From the NCBI GenBank assembly GCA_963822585.1, contig CAWGIE010000047.1, positions 64,001 to 128,000 on the forward strand: a stretch of 64,000 nt of DNA, read 5' to 3'. The DNA is from an uncultured bacterium (GTDB taxonomy: Bacteria > Auribacterota > Erginobacteria > Erginobacterales > Erginobacteraceae). Below are positions 31,811 to 42,605 of the stretch, piece by piece (the stretch's first letter is position 1; each line of letters begins with the position of its first letter). Made by a program: the position numbers and the translations under genes. The notes under the pieces are model-generated. The model saw only the letters and a program-made list of their open reading frames with translations, was not told the DNA's origin and made no database searches.

Positions 31811-32464
31811 ATGACTATGAGTAAACATTCTTTGTGGGTCGGAATTTGTTTCTTAATCATAGGCTGCGCTTCCGGCAGTCCTGCGCCGGAACCACTGGCA
31901 GAGCCCGGCAAACCGCTGGCAGAACCCATCAAATTTACCATTGCACAACGGCACACCAGATCGATTGCTGAATACGATGATGATCTCAAAATACATATCG
32001 GCGATATAACGAGGGGCCAAGTCTTGTTGAATATATGGGGAGATCATTATGCAACTATCCTGGATACAACATCGGTTACTGACGGAGATGTGATCAAATT
32101 CGATTACAAGGGGCAGACGTTATATTTAACGGTGATATCGCTGACGAATGTCCTGTTCGGGACTGACTTCGGTAAATTTGAATTGTCTTCTACGCCCCCT
32201 GCCGAGCGAGAATTGTCTGAAGGATATAGAATCATACATTTTGATTATGACAATGCTACCAGTCGCGGAGTGATTTCGATTGATACACACGGAAAAGGGA
32301 TGGAGGCCAGGGAATGGCTCGTTAAAAATATCGGAGCGATTTGTTCAAGTAAGAATATTGTTCTCAAAGCCGGCGAGGATGCCGAGAAAGGCGGTCATTA
32401 CCGGATCTTAGATGAAAAGATCAAGGACGATATCTTAACCGTCAACTTTGAAGCAGCCTGGTAA
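31811..32464 (+). CDS. Hypothetical lipoprotein
   Basis: Lipobox-like IIGC after a hydrophobic stretch. Confidence 0.65.
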   Translation: MTMSKHSLWVGICFLIIGCASGSPAPEPLAEPGKPLAEPIKFTIAQRHTRSIAEYDDDLKIHIGDITRGQVLLNIWGDHYATILDTTSVTDGDVIKFDYKGQTLYLTVISLTNVLFGTDFGKFELSSTPPAERELSEGYRIIHFDYDNATSRGVISIDTHGKGMEAREWLVKNIGAICSSKNIVLKAGEDAEKGGHYRILDEKIKDDILTVNFEAAW

Positions 32465-33029
32465 AAAAACTTGATATCTAATCAAACCGCGGAGAAAGCG
32501 AAGAACCCAGTGAGAAAGTGGGGGAGGAACGCAATGCGCCATATGCAAGCGCAGCGATCCTACATCTCCTACAATCCGCCTCCGGCGGAGATCCTACAAG
32601 CAACCCCGAAGTCTTTTCGGGGGAGCGATACAACAGTTTCTTTGGCTTTAGGCACTTATTCACAATGCAACAAAGCAACACCGTCCCCCATATGATTAAT
32701 ATCTGGGCAGGGAGGCTTAGTTCGCGGGGGTACTCGCGGCAGCGGCGGCCGTATCCGACGACGACGGTCACGGTCGAGATAGTCGGCCAGACCGAGAAAG
32801 CGCTCAGAATTAAGAATGACCGGGGCGAAGGAGGAAGGAGCTGGTTTTTCCATCATTCCAATACTCCATCACTCCAACACTCCAGTTTTCTAATCATTGA
32901 ACATTGTCATTCAATCGAAGATGAACTAAAGAGTAGATTAGAGCCCTATCAGATACCAGTGGGAGGAAAAATTCCCCGAAAAATTAAAACCAAGTCTCAG
33001 TCCCCGTTCTAAATACTGAACGATTATCA

Positions 33030-33401
33030 ATGTGGATTTTTACTAAATACGGTTTCTTCAGTGCAGTTTGCGCCCGGCAGGGAGACGGCAAGCTTGGTCA
33101 GGCCATCGATCCTGACCGTATTATGGTTCGGGCAAGAGTCCGGGGACATCTTGAAGCCCTGAAGAAACGATTTTCCGATCTGCTCAGTCAGTGCGATATT
33201 TATGACTTTGCCGGGACCGACTATGCCTTCCGAATCTTCGTTGACAAGGAGGTGTGGTCCCTGGTGCTTTCGGAATTGGCTGAAGAAACCGACTACGACA
33301 ACTTCAAGTCTGAGGTTGCCCGGTATCAAGACGGCGATGATACAGCCTACGAACATTCTCTTCATGAGGTATGGTCGGTGATGCAAAGACTTCAAGAGTA
33401 G
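33030..33401 (+). CDS. Conserved hypothetical protein
   Basis: MWIFTKYGFFSAV...MVRAR...TDYAFR...DYDNFK; clean ORF. Confidence 0.7.
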   Translation: MWIFTKYGFFSAVCARQGDGKLGQAIDPDRIMVRARVRGHLEALKKRFSDLLSQCDIYDFAGTDYAFRIFVDKEVWSLVLSELAEETDYDNFKSEVARYQDGDDTAYEHSLHEVWSVMQRLQE

Positions 33402-33793
33402 TTGAGAACTCCACAAAAGAGGTCATTATTAACCCAGGATTCGAATCAATTGTTGTCGGCGGTTTCATCGGGACGATTGATCCTCTGTCTGTCGGCTTGC
33501 TGGCGGGGATCATCATCGGGATCATCGTAATCGTTCCCGCGTGTTTCCGAGCGGCGAGAACTTCGGTCAGGGATGCGAAGAAAAGCCCGAGATGCCCTCA
33601 GTGCGGGAGTAAAAGCTGCGAGAAGCTATCCCGGATCGTCAACCGGCACCACGACATCAGCATCCCGAAAGGGATCGTCGGAGGTCTGCTCTTCGGGAAG
33701 AAGGGCGCGATTGTCGGGTCTCTTTTGGGGAGTGATAGTCCGGAATACGAAAAATATTATAAGTGCCAGGAGTGCGGACACGAATGGATCTGA
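33371..33793 (+). CDS. Membrane-anchored Zn-ribbon protein (start uncertain)
   Basis: TM segment, CPQCGS...CQECGHEW, glycine-zipper GGLLFG..GAIVG. Confidence 0.55.
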   Translation: MVGDAKTSRVVENSTKEVIINPGFESIVVGGFIGTIDPLSVGLLAGIIIGIIVIVPACFRAARTSVRDAKKSPRCPQCGSKSCEKLSRIVNRHHDISIPKGIVGGLLFGKKGAIVGSLLGSDSPEYEKYYKCQECGHEWI

Positions 33794-34027
33794 AACCATC
33801 CCTCTCCACCCTTTGGGGGGAGAGGGCGATTGAGCGAAGCTCAATCGGGTGAGGGGGGGGTGAGGGGGGGGTGAGGGGGGGGGGTGAGCAATGCGCCAAA
33901 CAATATACAAGGCGAAGCCGATCCTACAAGCGACCCCGAAGTCTGTTCGGGGGAGCGATACTGCATTTACTACAAGCCGCCGAAGGCGGCGATACTACAG
34001 CTTCTTAGTTTTTAGGGTTTGACCCTC

Positions 34028-34573
34028 ATGGATATACTGAGACAGTTCTTCCTGGGCCTGGAGGAGATCAAGAACGAGATCGACTTTGCCTTGGAGAAGG
34101 ACCGGGTGGCGGACTTCCCGGGTACGCGGGCGACGGGGCTCCCGGAATTCATGGAACTGCTCGGGAATTCCAACATCCTCGAGAACGTGTCGGTCTCGGT
34201 CCAGCCGATCGGCGATATCTGCCGGCAGACGGTGATCGACGCCCGAACCGGGATTTCGGAAGACACCGTCACCGCCCGCCTCGCCGCTATCCGGGAGCAC
34301 GTCTCGATTATTCTGCGGGCCCGGTCGGAGATCCGCGACCGGCAACTGGAGGAATCTTACCGGAACTTGAAAAGAGCGGTCATGGCCCTCCTGGACAAAA
34401 CTCTCTCCGAGATCAGCATCTTCTTCGGCAAACTCGCCGCTCTGCTCAAGATGGATGAAAAAGACGTCCCGGAAGACAAGCACATCCGCATCGACTTCAT
34501 CCCGGACGTGGAAAAAGAAGGCGCCGCTTGTATCCGGGAGATAGAATGCGCCGAATGGGAATTCAGGAAATAG
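34028..34573 (+). CDS. Hypothetical helical protein directly upstream of the helicase operon
   Basis: ORF with host-like codon usage, 33 bp before the next gene. Confidence 0.6.
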   Translation: MDILRQFFLGLEEIKNEIDFALEKDRVADFPGTRATGLPEFMELLGNSNILENVSVSVQPIGDICRQTVIDARTGISEDTVTARLAAIREHVSIILRARSEIRDRQLEESYRNLKRAVMALLDKTLSEISIFFGKLAALLKMDEKDVPEDKHIRIDFIPDVEKEGAACIREIECAEWEFRK

Positions 34574-34606
34574 TAAAAGTCCGTACGCAAAGGAGATCCA
34601 CGGGAA

Positions 34607-37600
34607 ATGGATATTTTTAAGTTTCGAGACTCAGCCGTTTCCGACTACGCGAAGTATCTAGAGAGCTTTATCAATATCCTGGATCCCCAAATTCAGGAAG
34701 TGGTGGATGAAAGCTTCCGTCGCGGCGATCCATTCCCCCCGGCATTACTCCAGCTGAATCCCTTCTTTAAGGAAGGAGGGAAGATCGATGATCTGGTCTC
34801 GGAAGGAATACTCCACCCTGAGTGCGCAAAGATCTTCCGCCGCAAAAAACACGCCGATGATCCCGGCCAGCCACTCTCCCTTTATGAGCATCAGGTAAAA
34901 GGGATTCGTGCCGCCCATGCCGGCAAGAATTATGTGCTCACAACCGGGACAGGTTCCGGGAAATCACTCGCTTACATTATCCCCATTGTGGATCACATTC
35001 TCAGGAATGGCTCCGGGAATGGTATTCAGGCGATCATCGTTTATCCGATGAACGCCCTGGTCAACAGCCAGTTGGAGGAATTGAAGAAATTCATCAATTG
35101 GGGTTATCCCGAAGGCGGCGGTCCGGTAACCTTCCGGCGTTATACCGGGCAGGAATCCCATGAAGAGCGGGACGAGATAGTCGCCCGTCCTCCCGATATA
35201 ATCCTGACCAACTACGTGATGCTCGAACTGATTCTCACCCGGGTCTTTGAACGCGCTCTGGTTCGCAAGGCCCGGGGAATGCAGTTCCTTGTTCTCGATG
35301 AACTGCACACGTATCGCGGGCGACAAGGCGCCGACGTTGCCCTGCTTATCCGGCGCTTACGGGAAAACGTTTCTTCCCCGGGACTTCAAATCATCGGAAC
35401 TTCAGCCACCCTGGCCGGGGCCGGCTCCCTTGAAGACCAGAGAACGTCGGTAGCTCACATCACCACCCGATTCTTCGGCAGCCCGGTTGAACCGGATGTC
35501 GTGATCGGGGAAACACTGGAACGGATCACGCCCGATAGTGCGCCGGAACCGGCGCCACTTGCGGACAGCGTGAAACAGGCAGGGAAAAATGCCGGGCGGA
35601 GCTATGAGGACTTTATCCATGATCCTCTGGTTATCTGGCTGGAAAACACCATCGGTTTACAAAGGGATCAAAAATCCACTGAATGGATCCGGGCATTACC
35701 AAAGCCGATTGAAGGACAGGGCTCTCCGGCAGAGATCCTGGCTTCATTAACAGGTCTTCCCGAAGAGGATTGTGCCCGGGCGATCAAAATGACTCTTCTG
35801 GAAGGCACCCGGGTCCTCGATGCGAAAGAGCGCCCCCTCTTTGCCTTCCGGTTTCACCAATTCCTTTCCCGCTGTGACGCGGTCTTTTCCTCCCTCGATC
35901 GGGGCGAAGATCGTTATGTGACCGTTTTCCCGCAGAAATTCGTTCCAGGGGATCGGGAACGGCGCCTCTTCCCGCTCGCTTTCTGCCGGGAATGCGGTGA
36001 GGCGTATTATTCGGTAAGCCGCTGTGGAGAGGATGAACAGGTATTCTATGAGCCCCGTGAGTTCAATAAGAGGGCGGAAGGTGAAGAAGCCGAAGCCGGA
36101 TACCTTTACCCGGATTTTGAGGAGAAGTGGCCGGAAGGGGATTTGGAGAAGATTATCGAACTCCTGCCGGAGACAATGCTGGACGAACAGGGAGGACGAA
36201 TTCAGATTAGACAGAGTGCCCGTGGAAAAGTCCCGCGAGTCGTTTATCTTTCCCCCCTCGGCGAGGGGGGAAAAGGTTCGCTCCGGTATCTCTGGTTCCC
36301 GACCCCCTTCATCTTCTGCCATCACTGCGGGGTGGCTTACCATCACCGGCAAACATCGGATTTCGGAAAGCTGACCACCCTTGGTCCCCAGGGCCGGGCG
36401 ACCGCGACAACGATCCTGGCCCAGGCCGTCGTCTCGCGTCTGCGGGCTGACACTGCACTTCCTGAAGAAGCTCGCAAGCTCCTGAGTTTCACGGACAACC
36501 GGCAGGACGCTTCTCTCCAGGCCGGGCATTTCAACGATTTTATCCAGGTTTCCATGCTCCGAGCCGCTCTCTGCGGCGCTCTGGAGGAAGCAGGCGAGCA
36601 GGGCCTGCATCATGATGAACTCACCCAGAAGGTATTCGGAGCCCTCGCTCTGCCGCCCGCAGCCTATTTGCAAAACCCTCATGCGGCATTCGCCCGTGAT
36701 CGCGGCGACCGGGTTTTCCGGGATGTGCTGGGGTATCACCTTTATCGGGACCTTCGAAAAGGCTGGCGGGTGATTGCCCCCAATCTGGAGCAGTGCGGTC
36801 TTCTTACTATTGAATACGAACATCTTTCGGATCTATGCCATGATGAAAGCTGCTGGAAAGAGACACATCCTCTTTTGGCTGCCGCTGCCCCGGAAACCCG
36901 GCTAACGATTGCCCGGGTCCTGCTTGACTATATCCGCCGTGAATTGGGGATCGAGGTTGATTATCTATCTCCGTTCTATCAGGAACGAATATCAGCCTCC
37001 AGCCGCCAGGAACTGAATGAAACCTGGAGTATGGATGAGAGAGAGCGTCTTCTTCACCAAGGCATTATTTTTTCCCGGTCCCGGTGGCCCGGAGCGGACA
37101 GAAACGGCATTTTTATTTCATCTCGCAGCGGTTTCGGGCAGTTTCTCAAGCGGCCGAATACATTCCCCGGCACTGAAAAGCCCTCGACCGCCGATACGGA
37201 ATCCGTTATCAACGATCTTCTCTCCGTCCTCCATAAACTGGGGGGGATAGTAACCGAAGTAACCGCCGGCCAGGAAAGGGGATACCGTCTGCTTGCTTCG
37301 GCAATGATCTGGAAGGCAGCGGATGGGACGCGGGCTTTCCATGATCCCATCCGGATGCCCCGTCAGCCGGAAGAGGGATTGCGGACTAATGAGTTCTTTG
37401 TCGAGTTCTATCGGACCGCCGCCCGGCATCTGGTCGGGCTCAAGGCCCGCGAACACACCGCCCAGGTTGATATGGAAGACCGTCAGAAGCGGGAGAGAGA
37501 GTTTAGAAGTGCGGATCTCCCGGTCCTTTTCTGCTCCCCCACGATGGAACTGGGGGTTGACATCGCCGATCTCAATGTCGTCAATCTCCGCAATGTGCCC

Positions 37601-39769
37601 CCGACCCCGGCTAACTATGCCCAGCGTAGCGGGAGGGCGGGCCGGGGCGGCCAACCGGCCTTTATCTACACGTACTGCGCCACCGGGAGTCCTCACGACT
37701 CCTACTTTTTCAAGCGTCCTGAGAAGATGGTGGCCGGCGCCGTTTCCCCGCCCCGGGTGGAACTCTCCAATGAGGACCTGGTCAAAAGTCATATCCACGC
37801 GATCTGGCTCTCCGGGACGGACCTTGACCTCGGCAAAACCCTCTGTGATATTCTGGACGTGAGCGGGGATGACCCCACGCTTGATTTCAAACCCCACGTC
37901 CGCGACGCGCTCTATTCCCCCGAATTTCGCCATCGCGCCCGGGATAAAGCGACGGCTTTTATCGGCACCATCGGCGAGTACCTAAAAGCCGCGGACTGGT
38001 ACACCGATGATTGGCTTGACCACGTTCTGGACGGCATTCCGATCGAGTTTGAAAGCGCCACCCGGCGCTGGAAGGGGTTGTATCGATCGAACCGCAACCA
38101 GATCAGGATTCAGCATCAGATCGCCAATGACCATGGCCGCTCTCCGGAAGATCAGCGTCGTGCCCGCGATTTGCGCAACCTGGCCGAACGCCAGCTCCGT
38201 CTCCTGACTGAAGCCGGCGGCGTGATGCAGTCTGACTTTTATCCCTACCGGTATTTCGCCAGCGAGGGTTTCCTCCCCGGGTATAATTTCCCCCGGCTGC
38301 CTGTATCGGCTTATATCCCCGGGAGAAGAATGGCCGGTGACGAAGGTAACTACATCTCCCGGCCCCGGTTTCTGGCTGTTTCCGAATTCGGCCCCCGGGC
38401 GCATATCTACCATGAAGGAGCGCGTTACGAAATCAATCGGGTAACACTTCCCGCCGCCACCGACGAAGAGACGGAAGAAGGTTCTCTTTTCGGAGCGGCT
38501 AAAGTTTGCGATGAATGCGGTTATTTGCATCCGGCCATCGGCGGCCATCTCCCCGACAACTGCGAATCCTGCGGAATTTTCCTCCCCGCTGCCGATAATA
38601 ACCTGATGCGAATGCAGAATGTTTCCACCCGGCGGCGGGACCGGATCAATTGTGATGAAGAAGAGCGGTTCCGCCTCGGCTATGACGTCTGGTGCGCGAT
38701 CCGTTTTGCCGATTTTGGAGGGGTTCGGTCCCGGCAGTTGGCAACGGTCAAGGAGGGAGATAAGGACCTGGCTGAGCTTGAATACGGGCAGGCCGCGACT
38801 ATCTGGAGGATCAACCGAGGGTGGAAAGCGAATGACCGGCCCGGTTTCCTCCTTGACCTGGAAAAAGGTCTCTGGGCCAGCGAGAGCAACATGCCGGCGG
38901 ATGACGATGACGGGGAAGCGCTCACTAACAATCTGGCGCGGGTCATTCCCTACGCCGAAGACCGGAAAAATGCCCTGATCCTTCGTCCTGTTCAACAGGG
39001 TCTCCCCAGCCAGGGATTGATGGCCTCCCTTCAAGCCGCCATCAAGTCGGCCATCCAGGTGGTTTTTCAACTGGAAGACAATGAGATCGCGGCTGAACCG
39101 CTCCCTTCCCGGGACGACCGGCGGCGGGTTCTCTTTTATGAGGCTTCCGAGGGTGGGGCGGGGGCACTGCGCCGTTTGGTCGATGAGCGGGAGCTTTTCG
39201 CCGAAGTAGCCCGGAAGGCGCTGGAAATCTGTCACTTCGACCCGGATACGGGCGAAGACAAACGCCGGGCGCCCCAGGCCCGGGAGGACTGCGAGGCCGG
39301 ATGCTACGACTGTCTGCTCTCCTACTCCAACCAGCGGGACCACGATCTGATTGACCGGCAGCTGCTCAAAGATCTCCTGCTGGCCTGGTCCCGGGGGAAA
39401 ACAGAAGTATCTTCGTCCCCCCGAAGTCGGGCGGAGCACCTGGCGGACCTCAAAAACGCCTGCGATTCGTCCCTGGAGAAGGAGTGGCTGGATCGGGTCC
39501 ATGGACTGAACCTGAGACTGCCGACGGCGGCACAGACGCCTATACCCGAATGCGGGACGAAACCGGACTTCTATTATGAGGAGCAGAGGCTGGTCGTCTA
39601 TATCGATGGTCCCCCCCACGACTACCCTGACCGCCAGGATCGGGATAAAGAGCAAATGAACGCCCTGGAGGATCGCGGGTACTGGGTGATGCGGTTTCAC
39701 CATCAGGATGACTGGGATGCGATTTTCCGTGAACACCCGGAAATCTTTGGAGAGATGAGCGATGCCTGA
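34607..39769 (+). CDS. SF2 DEAD/DEAH helicase with DUF1998 (MrfA/DrmB-like Zn) domain and C-terminal DUF559/Vsr-like nuclease
   Basis: TGTGSGKS, DELH, TSAT, QRSGRAGR; several CxxC pairs; CEAGCYDCL; terminal KPDFYYEEQRLVVYIDGPPH...GYWVMRF. Confidence 0.85.
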   Translation: MDIFKFRDSAVSDYAKYLESFINILDPQIQEVVDESFRRGDPFPPALLQLNPFFKEGGKIDDLVSEGILHPECAKIFRRKKHADDPGQPLSLYEHQVKGIRAAHAGKNYVLTTGTGSGKSLAYIIPIVDHILRNGSGNGIQAIIVYPMNALVNSQLEELKKFINWGYPEGGGPVTFRRYTGQESHEERDEIVARPPDIILTNYVMLELILTRVFERALVRKARGMQFLVLDELHTYRGRQGADVALLIRRLRENVSSPGLQIIGTSATLAGAGSLEDQRTSVAHITTRFFGSPVEPDVVIGETLERITPDSAPEPAPLADSVKQAGKNAGRSYEDFIHDPLVIWLENTIGLQRDQKSTEWIRALPKPIEGQGSPAEILASLTGLPEEDCARAIKMTLLEGTRVLDAKERPLFAFRFHQFLSRCDAVFSSLDRGEDRYVTVFPQKFVPGDRERRLFPLAFCRECGEAYYSVSRCGEDEQVFYEPREFNKRAEGEEAEAGYLYPDFEEKWPEGDLEKIIELLPETMLDEQGGRIQIRQSARGKVPRVVYLSPLGEGGKGSLRYLWFPTPFIFCHHCGVAYHHRQTSDFGKLTTLGPQGRATATTILAQAVVSRLRADTALPEEARKLLSFTDNRQDASLQAGHFNDFIQVSMLRAALCGALEEAGEQGLHHDELTQKVFGALALPPAAYLQNPHAAFARDRGDRVFRDVLGYHLYRDLRKGWRVIAPNLEQCGLLTIEYEHLSDLCHDESCWKETHPLLAAAAPETRLTIARVLLDYIRRELGIEVDYLSPFYQERISASSRQELNETWSMDERERLLHQGIIFSRSRWPGADRNGIFISSRSGFGQFLKRPNTFPGTEKPSTADTESVINDLLSVLHKLGGIVTEVTAGQERGYRLLASAMIWKAADGTRAFHDPIRMPRQPEEGLRTNEFFVEFYRTAARHLVGLKAREHTAQVDMEDRQKREREFRSADLPVLFCSPTMELGVDIADLNVVNLRNVPPTPANYAQRSGRAGRGGQPAFIYTYCATGSPHDSYFFKRPEKMVAGAVSPPRVELSNEDLVKSHIHAIWLSGTDLDLGKTLCDILDVSGDDPTLDFKPHVRDALYSPEFRHRARDKATAFIGTIGEYLKAADWYTDDWLDHVLDGIPIEFESATRRWKGLYRSNRNQIRIQHQIANDHGRSPEDQRRARDLRNLAERQLRLLTEAGGVMQSDFYPYRYFASEGFLPGYNFPRLPVSAYIPGRRMAGDEGNYISRPRFLAVSEFGPRAHIYHEGARYEINRVTLPAATDEETEEGSLFGAAKVCDECGYLHPAIGGHLPDNCESCGIFLPAADNNLMRMQNVSTRRRDRINCDEEERFRLGYDVWCAIRFADFGGVRSRQLATVKEGDKDLAELEYGQAATIWRINRGWKANDRPGFLLDLEKGLWASESNMPADDDDGEALTNNLARVIPYAEDRKNALILRPVQQGLPSQGLMASLQAAIKSAIQVVFQLEDNEIAAEPLPSRDDRRRVLFYEASEGGAGALRRLVDERELFAEVARKALEICHFDPDTGEDKRRAPQAREDCEAGCYDCLLSYSNQRDHDLIDRQLLKDLLLAWSRGKTEVSSSPRSRAEHLADLKNACDSSLEKEWLDRVHGLNLRLPTAAQTPIPECGTKPDFYYEEQRLVVYIDGPPHDYPDRQDRDKEQMNALEDRGYWVMRFHHQDDWDAIFREHPEIFGEMSDA

Positions 39770-42605
39770 TCCGGCCCAATTCGCGGTAGGCTCCCTGGTC
39801 CGGAGCCGGGGAAGAGAGTGGGTAGTCCTCCCCCCGGGTGACGATCCGGAGATCCTCCTGGTCCGGCCCCTGGGTGGCACCGAAGAGGAATCGGCCGGGA
39901 TCCTCGTCTCCCGGGAGCGGGTGGAGCCGGCGTCGTTTGCCCTCCCCGGCGTTGAAGAGATCGGGGATCACCGCTCCTGCCGGCTATTGCGGGATGCACT
40001 CCGGCTCGGCTTCCGTTCCAGCGCCGGCCCTTTCCGCTCCTTCGGCAACCTCGCGGTGGAGCCTCGCCCGTATCAACTGGTCCCCCTGCTCCTGGCGCTC
40101 AAGCTCGATCCCGTCCGTCTGCTTATCGCCGACGATGTCGGCATCGGCAAGACCATCGAGGCGCTCCTGGTGGCCCGGGAGCTGCTGGACCGGGGCGAGA
40201 TCGGACGGATCGCGATCCTCTGCCCGCCTCACCTGGCGGAGCAGTGGCAGGGGGAACTGGCCGAGAAGTTCAACATCAACGCCGATTTAATCCTCTCCGG
40301 AACGACGGCGCGTCTCGAGAGGCGGTGCGGGCTCGATCAGTCCGTCTTCGATGTCTGCCGCCACTTCGTCGTATCTCTTGACTTCATTAAATCTCCCCGA
40401 CGCCGTGATGAGTTTATCCGGGCCTGCCCGGAGTTTGTCATTGTCGACGAGGCGCATGGCTGTTCTTTCGGGGCTCAGTCTCGGGGAGGGAAGCACCGGC
40501 GCTGGGAGCTGGTGAGCAGGCTCTCTCTTGACCGGGAGCGGCACTTGGTTCTGGTCACGGCCACTCCTCACAGCGGGAAGGAGGATAACTTTCGATCTCT
40601 ACTGGCGTTTCTCAAGCCGGAATTTTCCGATCTTCCGGCTGATCTTATCAATTCGACCGCGGAGGATCAGAGGAGGGAATTGGCCCGCTACTTCATCCAG
40701 CGCCGCCGTGCCGATATCAAGGATTACCTGGATGCCGCCACTCATTTCCCGGAGCGGATGGAGGCCGAGGAGACCTATGCTCTTTCCCCGGCTTACCGCG
40801 CGCTCTTTGACCGGGTGCTCGCCTATGCCCGGGAACTGGTTCAGGACCGGGGAGAGAGCCGGTTCCGACAGAGGGTCAGATGGTGGTCGGCACTGGCGAT
40901 GCTCCGCTCGCTTGCCTCCAGCCCGGCCGCGGCTGCCGCCACCCTCCGCAACCGGGCTCTTCACGAGGAGGGGGAGACACCGGATGAAATTGATGAGGCC
41001 GGGAAACGCGCCGTCCTCGACCTTGACGATCCGGAGACGATCGAAGGCCTCGATATCTCTCCCGGAGCCGACACCGCCGATATTGAAGACGATGGAGAAC
41101 GGACGCATAACCGATTGCTGGCCCTGGCCCGGGAGGCGGAGAAGCTTTCGGGAGAGGAGGATCACAAGTTCACCACCGCCGTCCCACTGATCAAGCGACT
41201 GCTTGATGACAACTTGAAGCCGATTGTCTTCTGCCGTTTCATCCCCACCGCCGAATACCTGGCCGAGCACCTTCGGAAAAAGTTCGGCTCCGGTACTGAG
41301 GTCATTGCCGTCACCGGGATGCTGCCTCCCTCCGAACGGGAAGCCCGGATACTGGAGCTGGCCATGCACCCCCGCCGGGTCCTGGTCTGTACCGACTGCC
41401 TCTCCGAAGGGATCAATCTCCAAGAACATTTCGACGCTGTTTTTCATTACGATCTCTCCTGGTCGCCGACCCGCCACGAGCAGAGGGAGGGTCGGGTGGA
41501 TCGCTATGGCCAGCCCCGGGACACGATCCGAGTTGTCACTTATTATGGAACCGATAACCAAATTGACGGTCTGGTTCTCGATGTGCTGATCCGCAAGCAC
41601 AAGAAAATCCGCTCCACCCTCGGCATATCGGTTCCCGTTCCAGTCGAGTCCGATCAGGTCATCGAGGCTATACTTGAAGGGCTCCTTCTCCGGGGGACGA
41701 CCGCGGCCGATCAGCTCACCTTCGACGAGAAGCTTTTCGGCCGCAAGGGGGAGGGCTTCTTCACCGAATGGGAGAAAGCCGGCGAGAGGGAGAAGCGCTC
41801 CCGGACGCTCTTTGCCCAGAAGAGCATTCATCCGGAGGAAGTCGCCCGGGAACTGCGGGAAATTCGCCGGGCTCTTGGATCGGGTACGTCTCTCCCCGTG
41901 TTCTTTGAAGACGCCGCCCGGGCCCTGGGGGGCCTGCTCGAAAAAAAAGGATGCCTCATCGAAGCCGATCTTTCCGAGACTCCGCGCCCGTTGCGGGACG
42001 CGATCCGGGATTATCTCGACCGGGACCAGATGCTTTGTTCAGGATTTGAAATGCCGGTTCCGGAAGGGTGCAACTACCTCCACCGGACTCACCCCGTGAT
42101 CGAGAACCTCGCCTCCTATTTGGTCGATACCAGCCTGGACCCCGCCGGGGAAAGACCGGTCGCCGCCCGGGCGGGGGTTATCAGCACGTCGGCGGTCGCG
42201 GTCCGGACCACACTGCTCCTGGTCCGGTTCCGGTTTCACATCATCACCACGATCGAGGGCAAAGAATCCCCGATCCTGGCCGAGGATTGTCGTCTGCTTG
42301 CTTTCGAGGGCGCCCCGGAGGAAGCAGTCTGGCTAGATGCCACGCGGGCCGAAGAGTTGCTGATGGCAAAACCGGATACGGAGAGGGAGATTGTCCTGGG
42401 CCAGAAGAAGACAATGCTCGAACGAGTCATCAAGGGCTATCCGGCCTTGAAGCCCCGGATCGAGGAAGAAGCCCGCTCACTGGCGCAAGAACTATTGGAA
42501 TCCCACCGCCGCGTCCGCAACCTCTCCCGGCGAAAGGGTGTCCGCTACCGCGTCGAACCAAACCTCCCCCCTGACCTTTTAGGAGTATATATATATTTGC
42601 CTTGA
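39762..42605 (+). CDS. SNF2-type helicase (DrmD/RapA-like)
   Basis: LLIADDVGIGKT, DEAH, TATPHSG, SEGINLQ, EQREGRVDRYG; overlaps the upstream stop. Confidence 0.88.
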   Translation: MPDPAQFAVGSLVRSRGREWVVLPPGDDPEILLVRPLGGTEEESAGILVSRERVEPASFALPGVEEIGDHRSCRLLRDALRLGFRSSAGPFRSFGNLAVEPRPYQLVPLLLALKLDPVRLLIADDVGIGKTIEALLVARELLDRGEIGRIAILCPPHLAEQWQGELAEKFNINADLILSGTTARLERRCGLDQSVFDVCRHFVVSLDFIKSPRRRDEFIRACPEFVIVDEAHGCSFGAQSRGGKHRRWELVSRLSLDRERHLVLVTATPHSGKEDNFRSLLAFLKPEFSDLPADLINSTAEDQRRELARYFIQRRRADIKDYLDAATHFPERMEAEETYALSPAYRALFDRVLAYARELVQDRGESRFRQRVRWWSALAMLRSLASSPAAAAATLRNRALHEEGETPDEIDEAGKRAVLDLDDPETIEGLDISPGADTADIEDDGERTHNRLLALAREAEKLSGEEDHKFTTAVPLIKRLLDDNLKPIVFCRFIPTAEYLAEHLRKKFGSGTEVIAVTGMLPPSEREARILELAMHPRRVLVCTDCLSEGINLQEHFDAVFHYDLSWSPTRHEQREGRVDRYGQPRDTIRVVTYYGTDNQIDGLVLDVLIRKHKKIRSTLGISVPVPVESDQVIEAILEGLLLRGTTAADQLTFDEKLFGRKGEGFFTEWEKAGEREKRSRTLFAQKSIHPEEVARELREIRRALGSGTSLPVFFEDAARALGGLLEKKGCLIEADLSETPRPLRDAIRDYLDRDQMLCSGFEMPVPEGCNYLHRTHPVIENLASYLVDTSLDPAGERPVAARAGVISTSAVAVRTTLLLVRFRFHIITTIEGKESPILAEDCRLLAFEGAPEEAVWLDATRAEELLMAKPDTEREIVLGQKKTMLERVIKGYPALKPRIEEEARSLAQELLESHRRVRNLSRRKGVRYRVEPNLPPDLLGVYIYLP

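Noticed and set aside
22700..34600. Canonical integron
   Set aside because: No tyrosine recombinase, and no recurring RYYYAAC...GTTRRRY attC structure found by eye.
6560..41831. Long antisense ORFs opposite recQ, the phosphatase, MFS and helicases
   Set aside because: Expected shadows of GC-rich coding sequence; no motifs.
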